The position numbers and the translations under genes are program-made. From assembly GCA_965207065.1 (NCBI GenBank), contig OZ242260.1, positions 140,601 to 204,600 of the forward strand: a stretch of DNA of 64,000 bases, read 5' to 3'. The DNA is from a bacterium. GTDB lineage: Bacteria > UBA8248. Every line of letters starts with the position of its first letter. Position 1 is the stretch's first letter. Shown here piece by piece: positions 38,334-47,441 of the stretch. The notes beneath the pieces are model-generated. The model did not search any database. It was not told where the DNA came from and worked only from the letters and a program-made list of their open reading frames with translations.

Positions 38334-39569
38334 GAGTTACCCTCAGATCTTGTGTATGGGCTGAATTGAAGAAGGCGGCGCATTCCTGCTGAAATAGGGT
38401 TGTCAGAAGCCCGGTCATTCAGCACATAGGAGATGCGCCACCATGCACAAAGATACGACGATTCCCTTTACCAATCCAGCCTATCGAGACGAGTTGAGCG
38501 AACTGGTGCGCGAGGGCGCGCAACGAATCATCCGCCAGGCCGTGGAAGCGGTGTTCGGGGCCTTCCTGGAGGAACACGCGGACGAGCGTGAGGCGCGGGG
38601 CCGTCGCGCGGTGGTGCTGGGCGGCTACCTGCCGTAGCGGGAGGTTTTGACGGGGGTCGGCCCGGTGCGGGTTCGGGTCCCGCGGACGCGGGACAGGTCG
38701 GGCGCGGGGCGGTGCTTCCGCTCGGAGTTGTTGCCGCCGTATTTGAAGAAGACGAGGCGTGCGGAGGCGGTGATTCCGTGGCTGTACCTGAAGGGGATAT
38801 CGACGAATGACTTCGGTGAGGCGCTCACGGCGCTGTTCGACGAGTCGGTGAAGGGCTTGTCTGCGGCGACGATTGTGCGGCTCAAGGGCGGCTGGGAGCG
38901 CGAGTACGCACAGTGGCGCGAGCGGGACTGGTGCGGCGAGGAGTTCGTGTATCTGTGGGCGGACGGCATCTACGTGAACGTGCGCGGCGGGGAGCGACGT
39001 TGTCTGCTGGTGGTTGTGGGCTGCGACACGCGTGGCCGCCGAGGTGTTTCCCGAGACCCGGGCGCAACGCTGCTGGGTGCACAAGACGGCGAACGTGCTC
39101 GACAAGCTGCCGGGGCGCGTTCAGGGCGAAGCGAAGTCCATGCATATGGCGGGCCGACACCCGGATAAATGCGCAAAAGGCGTTCGAACGCTTCCTCGCC
39201 ACCTGGGAGGCGAAGTATCTCAGGGCCGCCGAATGCCTGGCGAAGGATCAGGAGGAACTACTTGCCTTCTATGACTTCCCGGCGGCGCACTGGGGGCATC
39301 TGCGGACGACGAACCCCATCGAGTCGACCTTCGCCACCATCCGCTTGCGAACGGCGAAGACCAGGAACTGCCTGAGCGAGAAGACGGCGCTGAGCCTCGT
39401 GCATCAGCTCGCCATGAGCGCCCAGAAGCGTTTGAGCCGACTACGCGGCTTCCGTCATCTGGCCGAGGTAATTGCCGACATGAGGTTCGTCGATGGAGTG
39501 AACGACAAAGAAACGGGCAGGAGGGCCGCTGGATTCAGGATGGCCATACACCACATTTGACCGTAACTC
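38334..39569 (+). mobile_element. Decayed IS256-family element
   Basis: Imperfect IRs GAGTTAC...GTGTATGG at both ends; no target duplication visible. Confidence 0.88.
38443..39560 (+). pseudogene. IS256 family transposase pseudogene
   Basis: VPRTRDR, YLKGIST, LWADG, QRCWVHK and LRTTNPIES spread over several frames; TAG at 38635 and an internal deletion. Confidence 0.9.
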
Positions 39570-39747
39570 GAGGTTTGCTAAGCTGAAATCTTTGTTAACT
39601 GTGGTGGGGACTCGCCATAGCCGAGAGCGACATACGCTCGTGATCAAAATTAATCCCAATGTGTTCCCATTTACTATATTGAGTGAAAATTGTAGATACA
39701 GATTCTCAACATCGTGTGGTGGATGTAGGAACGAATGGGCATTCGCT

Positions 39748-39782
39748 CAGCCAATCGGTCCGTCTCCCAGGACCGACCACTG
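39748..39782 (-). terminator. Stem-loop downstream of 39790..40560
   Basis: CAGCCAATCGGTCC / GGACCGACCACTG inverted repeat; no U-tract. Confidence 0.35.
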
Positions 39783-39789
39783 AAACGGC

Positions 39790-40560
39790 CTAACTTGAAG
39801 CTTGATCCGTAGTACCACGCATAAATTCTTTGAACGTGGCTATATCTTCGTCGCTCGGAACGTTATTGTCGGCCAGCGCACGGATGTCATCGGCAATATC
39901 GCGTCGATTTATCATGCCCAAACTATAGGCACCGTTTTCAAGCTCGTAATCAATTGAGCCACACCAAGGATTGATACGTCCTTGCCCCGGACGTAGCGCG
40001 ACCGAATTGTTTTTCTTCCATACTTCATGTTTAGCTAGCGTAACTCGGATTGCTTCAAGGCGTATGAATAAAAGGCATGTGCGTTTTAGGTCACGTTTTA
40101 TCGTCTTTAGATTATCTGGGTTGTCAATTACTGACTGGAGTTGGAGAGCGCGATATTCCCGGCCGAAATGTGGAGGCCCCACTTTATTTTTGCGCGCTAC
40201 ATGCTTTTGCGCGAGCCCACCAGATTCTGCCCATTTGATTATGTCTCTAGCACGATGCCGCCAAGTCCTAAGGAGTTCGTAAGCTGCAAATATCCACATT
40301 TGCGATTGAGCCGAAAGGAAGACAACTTTAGAAACTGGAGTTTGCTCTTCTCTAGCCGATATTTCCAAAAGTTCGTGCTCAAACTCGGTCAGCCACTGAT
40401 CTATAATTGCGAGATTGAAAGCCTGCATACACAAAAACGGGTCGTCTCCAAATAAACTGAGATTGCAAAGTGCGGTGCGGAGTGAGGGCGAATCAATCGA
40501 AGACATTGGCGAATAAGGCAACGAATTCCCATAATCCTTATTTGGTTTCATGTCGCTCAC
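39790..40560 (-). CDS. Hypothetical protein
   Basis: 256-aa ORF with no motif I recognise. Confidence 0.65.
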   Translation of the reverse strand: MSDMKPNKDYGNSLPYSPMSSIDSPSLRTALCNLSLFGDDPFLCMQAFNLAIIDQWLTEFEHELLEISAREEQTPVSKVVFLSAQSQMWIFAAYELLRTWRHRARDIIKWAESGGLAQKHVARKNKVGPPHFGREYRALQLQSVIDNPDNLKTIKRDLKRTCLLFIRLEAIRVTLAKHEVWKKNNSVALRPGQGRINPWCGSIDYELENGAYSLGMINRRDIADDIRALADNNVPSDEDIATFKEFMRGTTDQASS

Positions 40561-40914
40561 ATATCGCCCAATCTACTGTCATGGCGTCAATATCGGGAAC
40601 CGATTTCACTTATTTCGAACATGAAAATATGATGCAGAATATTCTTACTGGAAGGGTAGTTCTGCGTTTCAACCCCCTACCCGTAACTTCCGCAAGGTTC
40701 ACAAAACATGCCTCTAGGCCGCTGCGGCAACGTTAAGCTCGATCAATCTCGAAGGTCAAGTACCTAGACCTAAAATAGCAATTTGGAGGAATGCAACCGG
40801 CTGACTTGGAGCAGGGAATGGTGGTTCCTGAATGAAAGCTACAGGGCACCGACATAACAGCAGGCAAGTTATTTTGGACCGAATATTGGAGGACTGTGCG
40901 ACACGGAACCGCTA

Positions 40915-41081
40915 GGATACGCAGAAGTTAGAATCCGCCCGCTTCCGGTTTGATTGCACCTTGAAGAAAGCGAATCCCCAACGAAACTCCCCAAAAACAA
41001 ATACTCAAAATATTTTCAACAAACTACAAAGACTTCACGTCCGTTGGAAATCCCCCGCCGCCTGAAAACGGGCGAAAAGCC
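40915..41081 (+). repeat. ~167-bp diverged direct repeat, copy 1
   Basis: Colinear with 54110..54276; starts GGATACGCAGAAGTTAGAATCCGCCCGCTT. Confidence 0.8.
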
Positions 41082-41483
41082 CCGTGAATTTATAGAATTT
41101 TTCGGAAATACCGAGTGATGAAACCCGACTAAGGAGGGGGGCGGGTTTGACGACCATTGCGGGATAGATTGCCAAGCGATTAAGAAGCGATGGTCGTACC
41201 CGTCCACCGCCTCGAACCGCCTGACCAGAGTCTCGTCGCCGTCGAGGAATCTGAACGCCCACACGTCGTCGGCACCGGTGGCAATCGTCCCCCCAAGCCG
41301 CCCGTCCGGCTTCGCTCCGCCGACCTAAAAAAAAATGGTGAAGCAATCCGTCTGTGTGCTAACATTCCCACCGGTTAATCGTTGTGGTCGGTTAATGAAG
41401 CCAAGAGCTTCGTCGGCGGAACGGGTGATGGCGACTCTGACGATGGGTTCGTCGTTTCTGCAACGCCCAAGAAAGGATATTTC

Positions 41484-42761
41484 GTGGAAGCGAACCTCAC
41501 CGTCATTCTGATCGTTGCCGTCTGCTCCGGTCTCTATATGGCCTGGGGGATCGGCGCCAACGATGTTGCGAATTCGATGGGAACCTCGGTCGGGTCGGGG
41601 GCCATCACGGTAGGCACCGCCATCGTGATCGCGGGCGTATTCGAATTCCTCGGGGCGTTTCTGGCCGGCGGCGAAGTTACCTCGACGATCCGCAAGGGCA
41701 TCATCGACGCGGATGCGCTCGGCCAGGATTCGGACCTGCTCGTCATCGGCATGCTGTCGGCGCTCCTGGCGGCCGCCGTCTGGCTGACGGTCGCCTCCAG
41801 ATTCGGCTGGCCCGTCTCTACCACGCACTCGATAGTCGGCGCGATCATCGGATTCGCGGTTGTGGCGGTCGGGTTCGAGGCCGTCCGCTGGTGGGGCGTG
41901 GCGAAGATTGTCGCGAGCTGGGTCGTCACGCCCATCCTCGCCGGAACGATCTCGTTTCTGCTGGTTCTGAGCGTGCAGTGGCTGATCTTCAATAAAGACG
42001 ATCCTGCAAAGTACGCGCGCCGTTATGTGCCGGTCTACATCTTCGCCGCGGTGCTCATCACCTCGGTCGTGACGTTCGTCAAGGGCTTGAAGCACGTCGG
42101 CCTTGATCTGGGTACACCCCTGGCGATCTTCTATTCGGTGCTGTTTGCCGCCGCCATCGCGTGCGCCGGCCGCGCCGTCATCAATCGCATGAGCTTCGAG
42201 AGCGGCGATTCTCACTCGGGGGGAGGGTCGCGCTTCGCTAACGTCGAGCGGGCATTCGGAATCCTGATGATCGTCACCGCGTCGGGCATGGCGTTTGCCC
42301 ACGGCTCCAACGACGTCGCCAACGCCATCGGGCCGCTGGCCGCAATCATCGCCGTGGCGACGACCGGCGCGGTCGCCTCGAAGTCGGCGGTTCCACCCTG
42401 GCTTCTGCTGGTCGGCGCCTTCGGCATCGTCGTCGGCCTGGCGACGTTCGGGTACCGGGTAATGGCGACGATCGGGAGGAAGATCACGGAGCTCACGCCG
42501 AGCCGCGGGTTCGCCGCCGAGTTCGCCGCCGCGTCGACGGTGGTGGTGGCGAGCGGTACGGGGTTGCCGGTCTCGACGACGCAGACGCTCGTGGGCGCGG
42601 TAATCGGAGTCGGGCTGGCCCGTGGCATGGGCGCCCTCGACTTCGGCGTGGTGCGCACGATCTTCGTGTCCTGGGTTGTGACGCTTCCCGCCGGGGCCGC
42701 GCTCGCGGTGCTGTTCTACTTTATCCTGAGCCTGATCTTGGGCGGGAGCGCCGGGCCATGA
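41484..42761 (+). CDS. PiT family inorganic phosphate transporter
   Basis: GANDVAN, PVSTTHS, HGSNDVAN, PVSTTQ; GTG start after AAAGGA. Confidence 0.95.
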   Translation: MEANLTVILIVAVCSGLYMAWGIGANDVANSMGTSVGSGAITVGTAIVIAGVFEFLGAFLAGGEVTSTIRKGIIDADALGQDSDLLVIGMLSALLAAAVWLTVASRFGWPVSTTHSIVGAIIGFAVVAVGFEAVRWWGVAKIVASWVVTPILAGTISFLLVLSVQWLIFNKDDPAKYARRYVPVYIFAAVLITSVVTFVKGLKHVGLDLGTPLAIFYSVLFAAAIACAGRAVINRMSFESGDSHSGGGSRFANVERAFGILMIVTASGMAFAHGSNDVANAIGPLAAIIAVATTGAVASKSAVPPWLLLVGAFGIVVGLATFGYRVMATIGRKITELTPSRGFAAEFAAASTVVVASGTGLPVSTTQTLVGAVIGVGLARGMGALDFGVVRTIFVSWVVTLPAGAALAVLFYFILSLILGGSAGP

Positions 42762-43399
42762 GATTCGCCGAGGAATTCCTGCTCCTGCTCCGCGCCGAGG
42801 ACGGAACGCTCTCGAGGGCGGCGGAATGGTTGGTGCGGGCCGCGCTCGGCGCCGCCGTGTTGATGGATCTCGCGCTCGAGAACCGCATCGACACCGACCC
42901 CGACGGGTTGTTCCTCACCGATTCGACGCCGGTCGGCGACCCTCTGCTCGATCCGATGCTCGCCGAGATTGCGCGGGCGGAAACGACCCATGACGCCCTC
43001 TACTGGGTGGATCACGCCACCCGGCACGCCGACGAAATCCGCGAAACCGCATTGGAGCGGCTCATCGGGAACGGGGTACTGGAACTGAAGGATGACCGCT
43101 TCCTCTGGATATTCGGGACGCGACGCTACTTGGTCGCGGATGAGAAGGTCGAGCGTGCGTTGGTGAAACGGATCAGAACGGTGCTCTTGAGCGAGGTGAT
43201 TCCCGACCCTGAGGACATCATCATCATCACCCTCGCGGACGGCTGCGGCCTCATCGGCCCGCTGTTGTCTTCCGACGAGGCGGCTCGGGCTGCGCCGCGG
43301 CTCGAACTGGTGCGGATGATGGACCTGATCGGGCGGGCGTTCCTGAACGCCATGGACGTGGCCGTCCAGCCCGCAGCGGGCAGGCTCGACCGGAGCTGA
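42758..43399 (+). CDS. GPP34 (Golgi phosphoprotein 3-like) family protein
   Basis: AEEFLLL, GAAVLMDLALENRI, GDPLLD, FLWIF..RRY; ATGA overlap with the PiT gene. Confidence 0.8.
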   Translation: MRFAEEFLLLLRAEDGTLSRAAEWLVRAALGAAVLMDLALENRIDTDPDGLFLTDSTPVGDPLLDPMLAEIARAETTHDALYWVDHATRHADEIRETALERLIGNGVLELKDDRFLWIFGTRRYLVADEKVERALVKRIRTVLLSEVIPDPEDIIIITLADGCGLIGPLLSSDEAARAAPRLELVRMMDLIGRAFLNAMDVAVQPAAGRLDRS

Positions 43400-43533
43400 C
43401 CCCGCCGACCCCCGTCGATTCGCCTTGCAATGCAAGATCGGGATTGCGCCCCCACGACGCACGGCCCGGTCGACCACGGCCACCCGTTCGGCAGGGTCAA
43501 CCGCAGGCGTCTGCGGCTGATGACGATCGGAAA

Positions 43534-44022
43534 CTAGAAGAAGAGAATCAACAGGAAGAGGCTTACCAGGCCGCCGATCATGAAACAGGCGGCGCTGACG
43601 GTGCCGGCCACCGTGGTGTAGTCCGCGATGCGAAACGTCTCGCTGTTCACCGTGAAGAGCACTTTCGTGCGATCCAGGTTGCCGTCGACGAACTGCTTGA
43701 GCCCGTCTTCCGCCCCGTGGGCTTCTTTCACCGAGACCAGGGTCACCAGAACGAGGGTAAGAGCCGCCATGAGAACGCCGGTTCCGAACACGACCAGAGC
43801 CAGCAGGAGCATCCAGTGGTAGAACGCATTCTCAGCCTTCGCGTTATTGCTCATGAACCCGATGATCAACGCGGTGCCGCCCGCATTGCCGTAGAGCAGC
43901 ATGCGCCCCGACTCGGTGATCAGCCGGAACATGGTGCCGCGCCGCAGGGCGATGACCTTGTAGAGTTCGCGCAGCCACTCCTCTCCGACTTCTTCGGTGG
44001 AAAACTCGTCTACCTTTTTCAA
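43534..44022 (-). CDS. Hypothetical membrane protein
   Basis: Three hydrophobic segments; 4-bp overlap with the upstream gene. Confidence 0.7.
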   Translation of the reverse strand: MKKVDEFSTEEVGEEWLRELYKVIALRRGTMFRLITESGRMLLYGNAGGTALIIGFMSNNAKAENAFYHWMLLLALVVFGTGVLMAALTLVLVTLVSVKEAHGAEDGLKQFVDGNLDRTKVLFTVNSETFRIADYTTVAGTVSAACFMIGGLVSLFLLILFF

Positions 44023-45215
44023 GGCCGCCCTCTCCTTTCGTGGAATCGCCGCAGTTCCCGAGATTCGGTCATCCTGACGTATTTCGAGCCGAAGTTGGTC
44101 CCGGGCTTGAATTCAACGGTCCAGTCGTCGATGAGTATTGAGCCGGCGGCCAAAGCCTGCCGCAGGAATCTCTCCCGCGTAACTTCCCCGCCCGTGCGTT
44201 CCAGCACGGCGATGACGAAGCGCCCGAGAATGTAGCCCTCCAGAGACAACTGGCTGAAGGCGGGCTGAACGGAGCCATTGCGCTTCTCCTCCGCTCTCGC
44301 CAGCATGGCGCGCTGGTAACTTCTGACGATTTTTCTGCTCGCGTCGTTCGCGTCCGGCAGCACCTCGCTCATCATGATTTTGCCGCTCGGCGCTTTCAGC
44401 CTCCGCCTCAAACTCTCGGATTGGGCGATGGACAGAATCGTCATGATGTAACCGTATCCCAGGTCGTTCGCGAGATTGATGATCTCCGCACTGGCCCCAC
44501 CCGTCCCGCCGATCATCAAGACGTCGAGGTCGGCTTTTTGCAGGACGAAAAGGCCCGCGTGAACGGCATGGGTGTTGCGCGAAAAACTCGCTTTCGCCAG
44601 GACGCGGAGTTTGTGCCCGGCGAGCGCCGCCCGGTAGCTCTTCAATATGGAGCGCCCGAAAGCGTCGTCCTGATAGATGATGCCGAAGCGCTTCTTCCCA
44701 TGGTAACGAACGATGTGGTCCACCAAGGCGCGGACCTCCTGGGAATAGCTCGCCCTCAGGTGGACGAGGTTGGGATACCGCTTGGCGTCGCGTAGAAAGT
44801 CGGCGCCGCTCAGGACGCCCACCAACGGGATACCGGCGTTTCGCAGCACCGGCGCGGCGCGCTTCGTCGTAGGGGTTCCCGTTCCGCCGATCAAGGCGAG
44901 CACGTCGTTTCCGGCGGCGAACCTCTTCGCGTTCGCCGCGGCTCTTTGCGGCTCATATCCGTCGTCGAGCGAAATCAACTTCAACACCCTCCCGCCTACG
45001 CCCCCGCGGGCGTTGCGCTCATCGAGCGCCGCGTGGAGGCCGCTCTGGAAGAGCAAACCCGCGCGCCTGGCCGGCCCCGAGATGCTGACGGTCTGGCCGA
45101 AAACCACCGCCTCCGCACTCACGCCGGGCGCCGCCGCCGAGAGCGACGGAGCCAGCAGCAGCGCCAGCGCCAGAAAGGGCGCCGCCCGAAGCATTCCGAA
45201 CAGTCGATCCGTCAT
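44019..45215 (-). CDS. Periplasmic binding protein (branched-chain amino acid type)
   Basis: Signal peptide, NARGGVGGR, DDGYEP, GTPT, RASY, YQDDAFG. Confidence 0.88.
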   Translation of the reverse strand: MTDRLFGMLRAAPFLALALLLAPSLSAAAPGVSAEAVVFGQTVSISGPARRAGLLFQSGLHAALDERNARGGVGGRVLKLISLDDGYEPQRAAANAKRFAAGNDVLALIGGTGTPTTKRAAPVLRNAGIPLVGVLSGADFLRDAKRYPNLVHLRASYSQEVRALVDHIVRYHGKKRFGIIYQDDAFGRSILKSYRAALAGHKLRVLAKASFSRNTHAVHAGLFVLQKADLDVLMIGGTGGASAEIINLANDLGYGYIMTILSIAQSESLRRRLKAPSGKIMMSEVLPDANDASRKIVRSYQRAMLARAEEKRNGSVQPAFSQLSLEGYILGRFVIAVLERTGGEVTRERFLRQALAAGSILIDDWTVEFKPGTNFGSKYVRMTESRELRRFHERRGRP

Positions 45216-45216
45216 C

Positions 45217-46533
45217 TTATTTTCCCGTCTTACGCCCATGATTGTTCCCGCCCGCGCCAAGCATCTTCTCCGTCATCGGCCTCTGGTCCGCCCGGTTTCC
45301 GAGTCCTCTGCGGCCGCGCGCGCCGTGGCGATGGGAGAATATGGAGGGGGTATCGAATATGAGAGAGCGGGGATTGGCCACCCGCGCGTGATCGCGCTCC
45401 GAGCGCCTTTTGTGGAACTGGCCTTGCATCAGCGGCTTGTCCGACCGGGTGGTTTCGAACTGGTGGATGTAGGGCGGCATCGTGGCCCTGCTCAATCGCC
45501 CATCGCCGTCGGCGGACGTATGCGGCATTCGCGTCACCATTTCCGCCCGGGCATGGCCTGCCCCTTCCGCCGGGCCGAACCCGGCCACGCCGTCGAGCAT
45601 GTTGATGTCGATGGTCGAGTCCTTACCCGGATTCACCACCGACAGGGTCGCCTCGGTGAAGATCGCGCGCATGCGCTGCCAATAACGCGTGATGGCCACC
45701 TGTTTCGGGTTCTTCCTGTATTCGGCCAGCAACGCCTTGAAGGCGTGGACGCTGCCTCGCGCCTGAACGAGGCGTTCGCGGGCGTTCGCCTTCGCGTTCA
45801 TGATCAGCGCCACGGCCTGCCCCTTGCTGCGAGCGAGGAGTTTTTCCCTCTGGCTGTTCGCCCGGCTCACGACCTGCTCGCGCTCGGCGATGGCGTCGTT
45901 GACGTCGCGGAACGCCTGGAGGGTCTCGGGGATCGGGCGCACCTCGACGATGTTCAGCGTGACGAGTTCAACCCCGACGCCCAGCGATTCGAGGCGTTTA
46001 CGCACGATATCGGACAACTGCCGTTGAATGACGTCGCGGTTCGAGGTGAAGATCAAGTCGATGTAGTTTTCCCCCAGTATCTTCACCAATCCCTCCCGGA
46101 CGAGCATGGTGAGCATCGTGCGGGGGTCGGAGGCCGCAAAGAGGTAGGAGCGCAGGTTCTTGATCTTGTATTGAACGGCCACATCCGCTTCGAGGAGGTT
46201 CATGTCTCCGGAGAGTATCGTAAAGTTGATCGTGCCGCCGCGCCTGCTCCCTACCTGGTATCCGACGATCCTCTTGACCTGGCGGACGTACGCTCGTTCG
46301 ATGAGTGGGACGGCGTAGCCCAGCCCCGGGCCGATTTCGGCGTCGACCACTTTCCCGAAGCGGGTGCGTACGGCTTGCTCTTCTTTCTTGACGACGTAGA
46401 AGCCGCTCGCCAGGAATCCGAGCACGCAGACGGCGACAAGACCGCCGATAATTTTCTTGTAATTCCGCCCGAAATAGTCGAATACGGCGTATATGATTCG
46501 CGTGCTCGGCGGCTTTGGATGTTCTTCGTTCAT
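45217..46533 (-). CDS. hflK: HflK-like SPFH protein
   Basis: TM, GFYVV..EEQAVRTRFGK, LSGDMNL, AFRDVNDA, A-x-G coiled coil. Confidence 0.8.
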   Translation of the reverse strand: MNEEHPKPPSTRIIYAVFDYFGRNYKKIIGGLVAVCVLGFLASGFYVVKKEEQAVRTRFGKVVDAEIGPGLGYAVPLIERAYVRQVKRIVGYQVGSRRGGTINFTILSGDMNLLEADVAVQYKIKNLRSYLFAASDPRTMLTMLVREGLVKILGENYIDLIFTSNRDVIQRQLSDIVRKRLESLGVGVELVTLNIVEVRPIPETLQAFRDVNDAIAEREQVVSRANSQREKLLARSKGQAVALIMNAKANARERLVQARGSVHAFKALLAEYRKNPKQVAITRYWQRMRAIFTEATLSVVNPGKDSTIDINMLDGVAGFGPAEGAGHARAEMVTRMPHTSADGDGRLSRATMPPYIHQFETTRSDKPLMQGQFHKRRSERDHARVANPRSLIFDTPSIFSHRHGARGRRGLGNRADQRPMTEKMLGAGGNNHGRKTGK

Positions 46534-47441
46534 CGGCCCGTCCCGTCCTGGCGGGGCATCTCCTTGCTGTCGAGGTATTTGAACAGTTCATTGTCCGCCG
46601 GCAGCATGAGAGTCGTGTTCCGGTCGATTATCAGATCATAGCTGTCGAGGGCGCGGATGAACTTGTAGAATTCCGGATCCGCCTTGTACGCCGCACCCAG
46701 CAGCGCCATCGCCTCGGCTTCCGCCTTGCCCAGAATGATCGTCGCCTCGGCGTGGGCGTCGGCGAGGAGTTTTTCGTGCTCGTTGATGGCGCGAGCCTCA
46801 ATGCGGATCGCCGTCTCCTCCCCCTCGCTCCTGTAGCGGGCGGCGATGCGGGCGCGCTCGGAGATCATCCGCTGAATCACGCTCGGCCGGTTCGCCACCG
46901 GCAGCGTGTATTCGACGATTCCGGTCCGCACCACCTCCACGCCGTAATTCTTCCTCGCGGTGGGCGCGATGAGGCCCAGAATCTTCTGAGACGCCTCGCT
47001 CAGGTCTTCATGCTCCAGACCCAGACCGATGAAGGCGTCGCGCGCCTTGTTGGAGATGATGATGCCGCTGCTCGACATGTAGAGGTCCTTGAGCCGATCC
47101 GTCGCGCTCTTGCCGGTACGGATGGACTCGACGAAGAGAATGGGGTCCCGTATGCGCCAGAGTAGGTATCCGTCGATGAGAACGCTCTTCTGATCTTCGG
47201 TAATCAACTCCTGGGTGAGGCCGGTCATGGCGTGAATGCGCCGATCGACCTTATAGACCCTGGATATGGGCCGGGGCCATTTCATGTGGAGACCGGGCTG
47301 TCTGGCGGGAGGCGAAATCTTGCCGAAGTGGGTCAGCACGCCCTGCTGCGTCTCCTCGACGACGTAGAAGCAGTCGTAGGCTACGACGAGCAGGACAACC
47401 ACGGCGATGGCCGTGACGATTCTCTTTGCGCTGAGGGTCAT
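46530..47441 (-). CDS. hflC: HflC-like SPFH protein
   Basis: PGLHMKWP, ITEDQK, RMISERARIA..YRSEG, AYKADPEFYKFIRALDSY. Confidence 0.88.
   Translation of the reverse strand: MTLSAKRIVTAIAVVVLLVVAYDCFYVVEETQQGVLTHFGKISPPARQPGLHMKWPRPISRVYKVDRRIHAMTGLTQELITEDQKSVLIDGYLLWRIRDPILFVESIRTGKSATDRLKDLYMSSSGIIISNKARDAFIGLGLEHEDLSEASQKILGLIAPTARKNYGVEVVRTGIVEYTLPVANRPSVIQRMISERARIAARYRSEGEETAIRIEARAINEHEKLLADAHAEATIILGKAEAEAMALLGAAYKADPEFYKFIRALDSYDLIIDRNTTLMLPADNELFKYLDSKEMPRQDGTGR

Noticed and set aside
37855-38364. 169-aa + strand ORF
   Set aside because: Cys/Ser-rich non-protein-like composition; runs into the IS256 end
40915-41081. Integron attC site
   Set aside because: No proper RYYYAAC/GTTRRRY pairing or cassette array; the integrase looks phage-type rather than IntI
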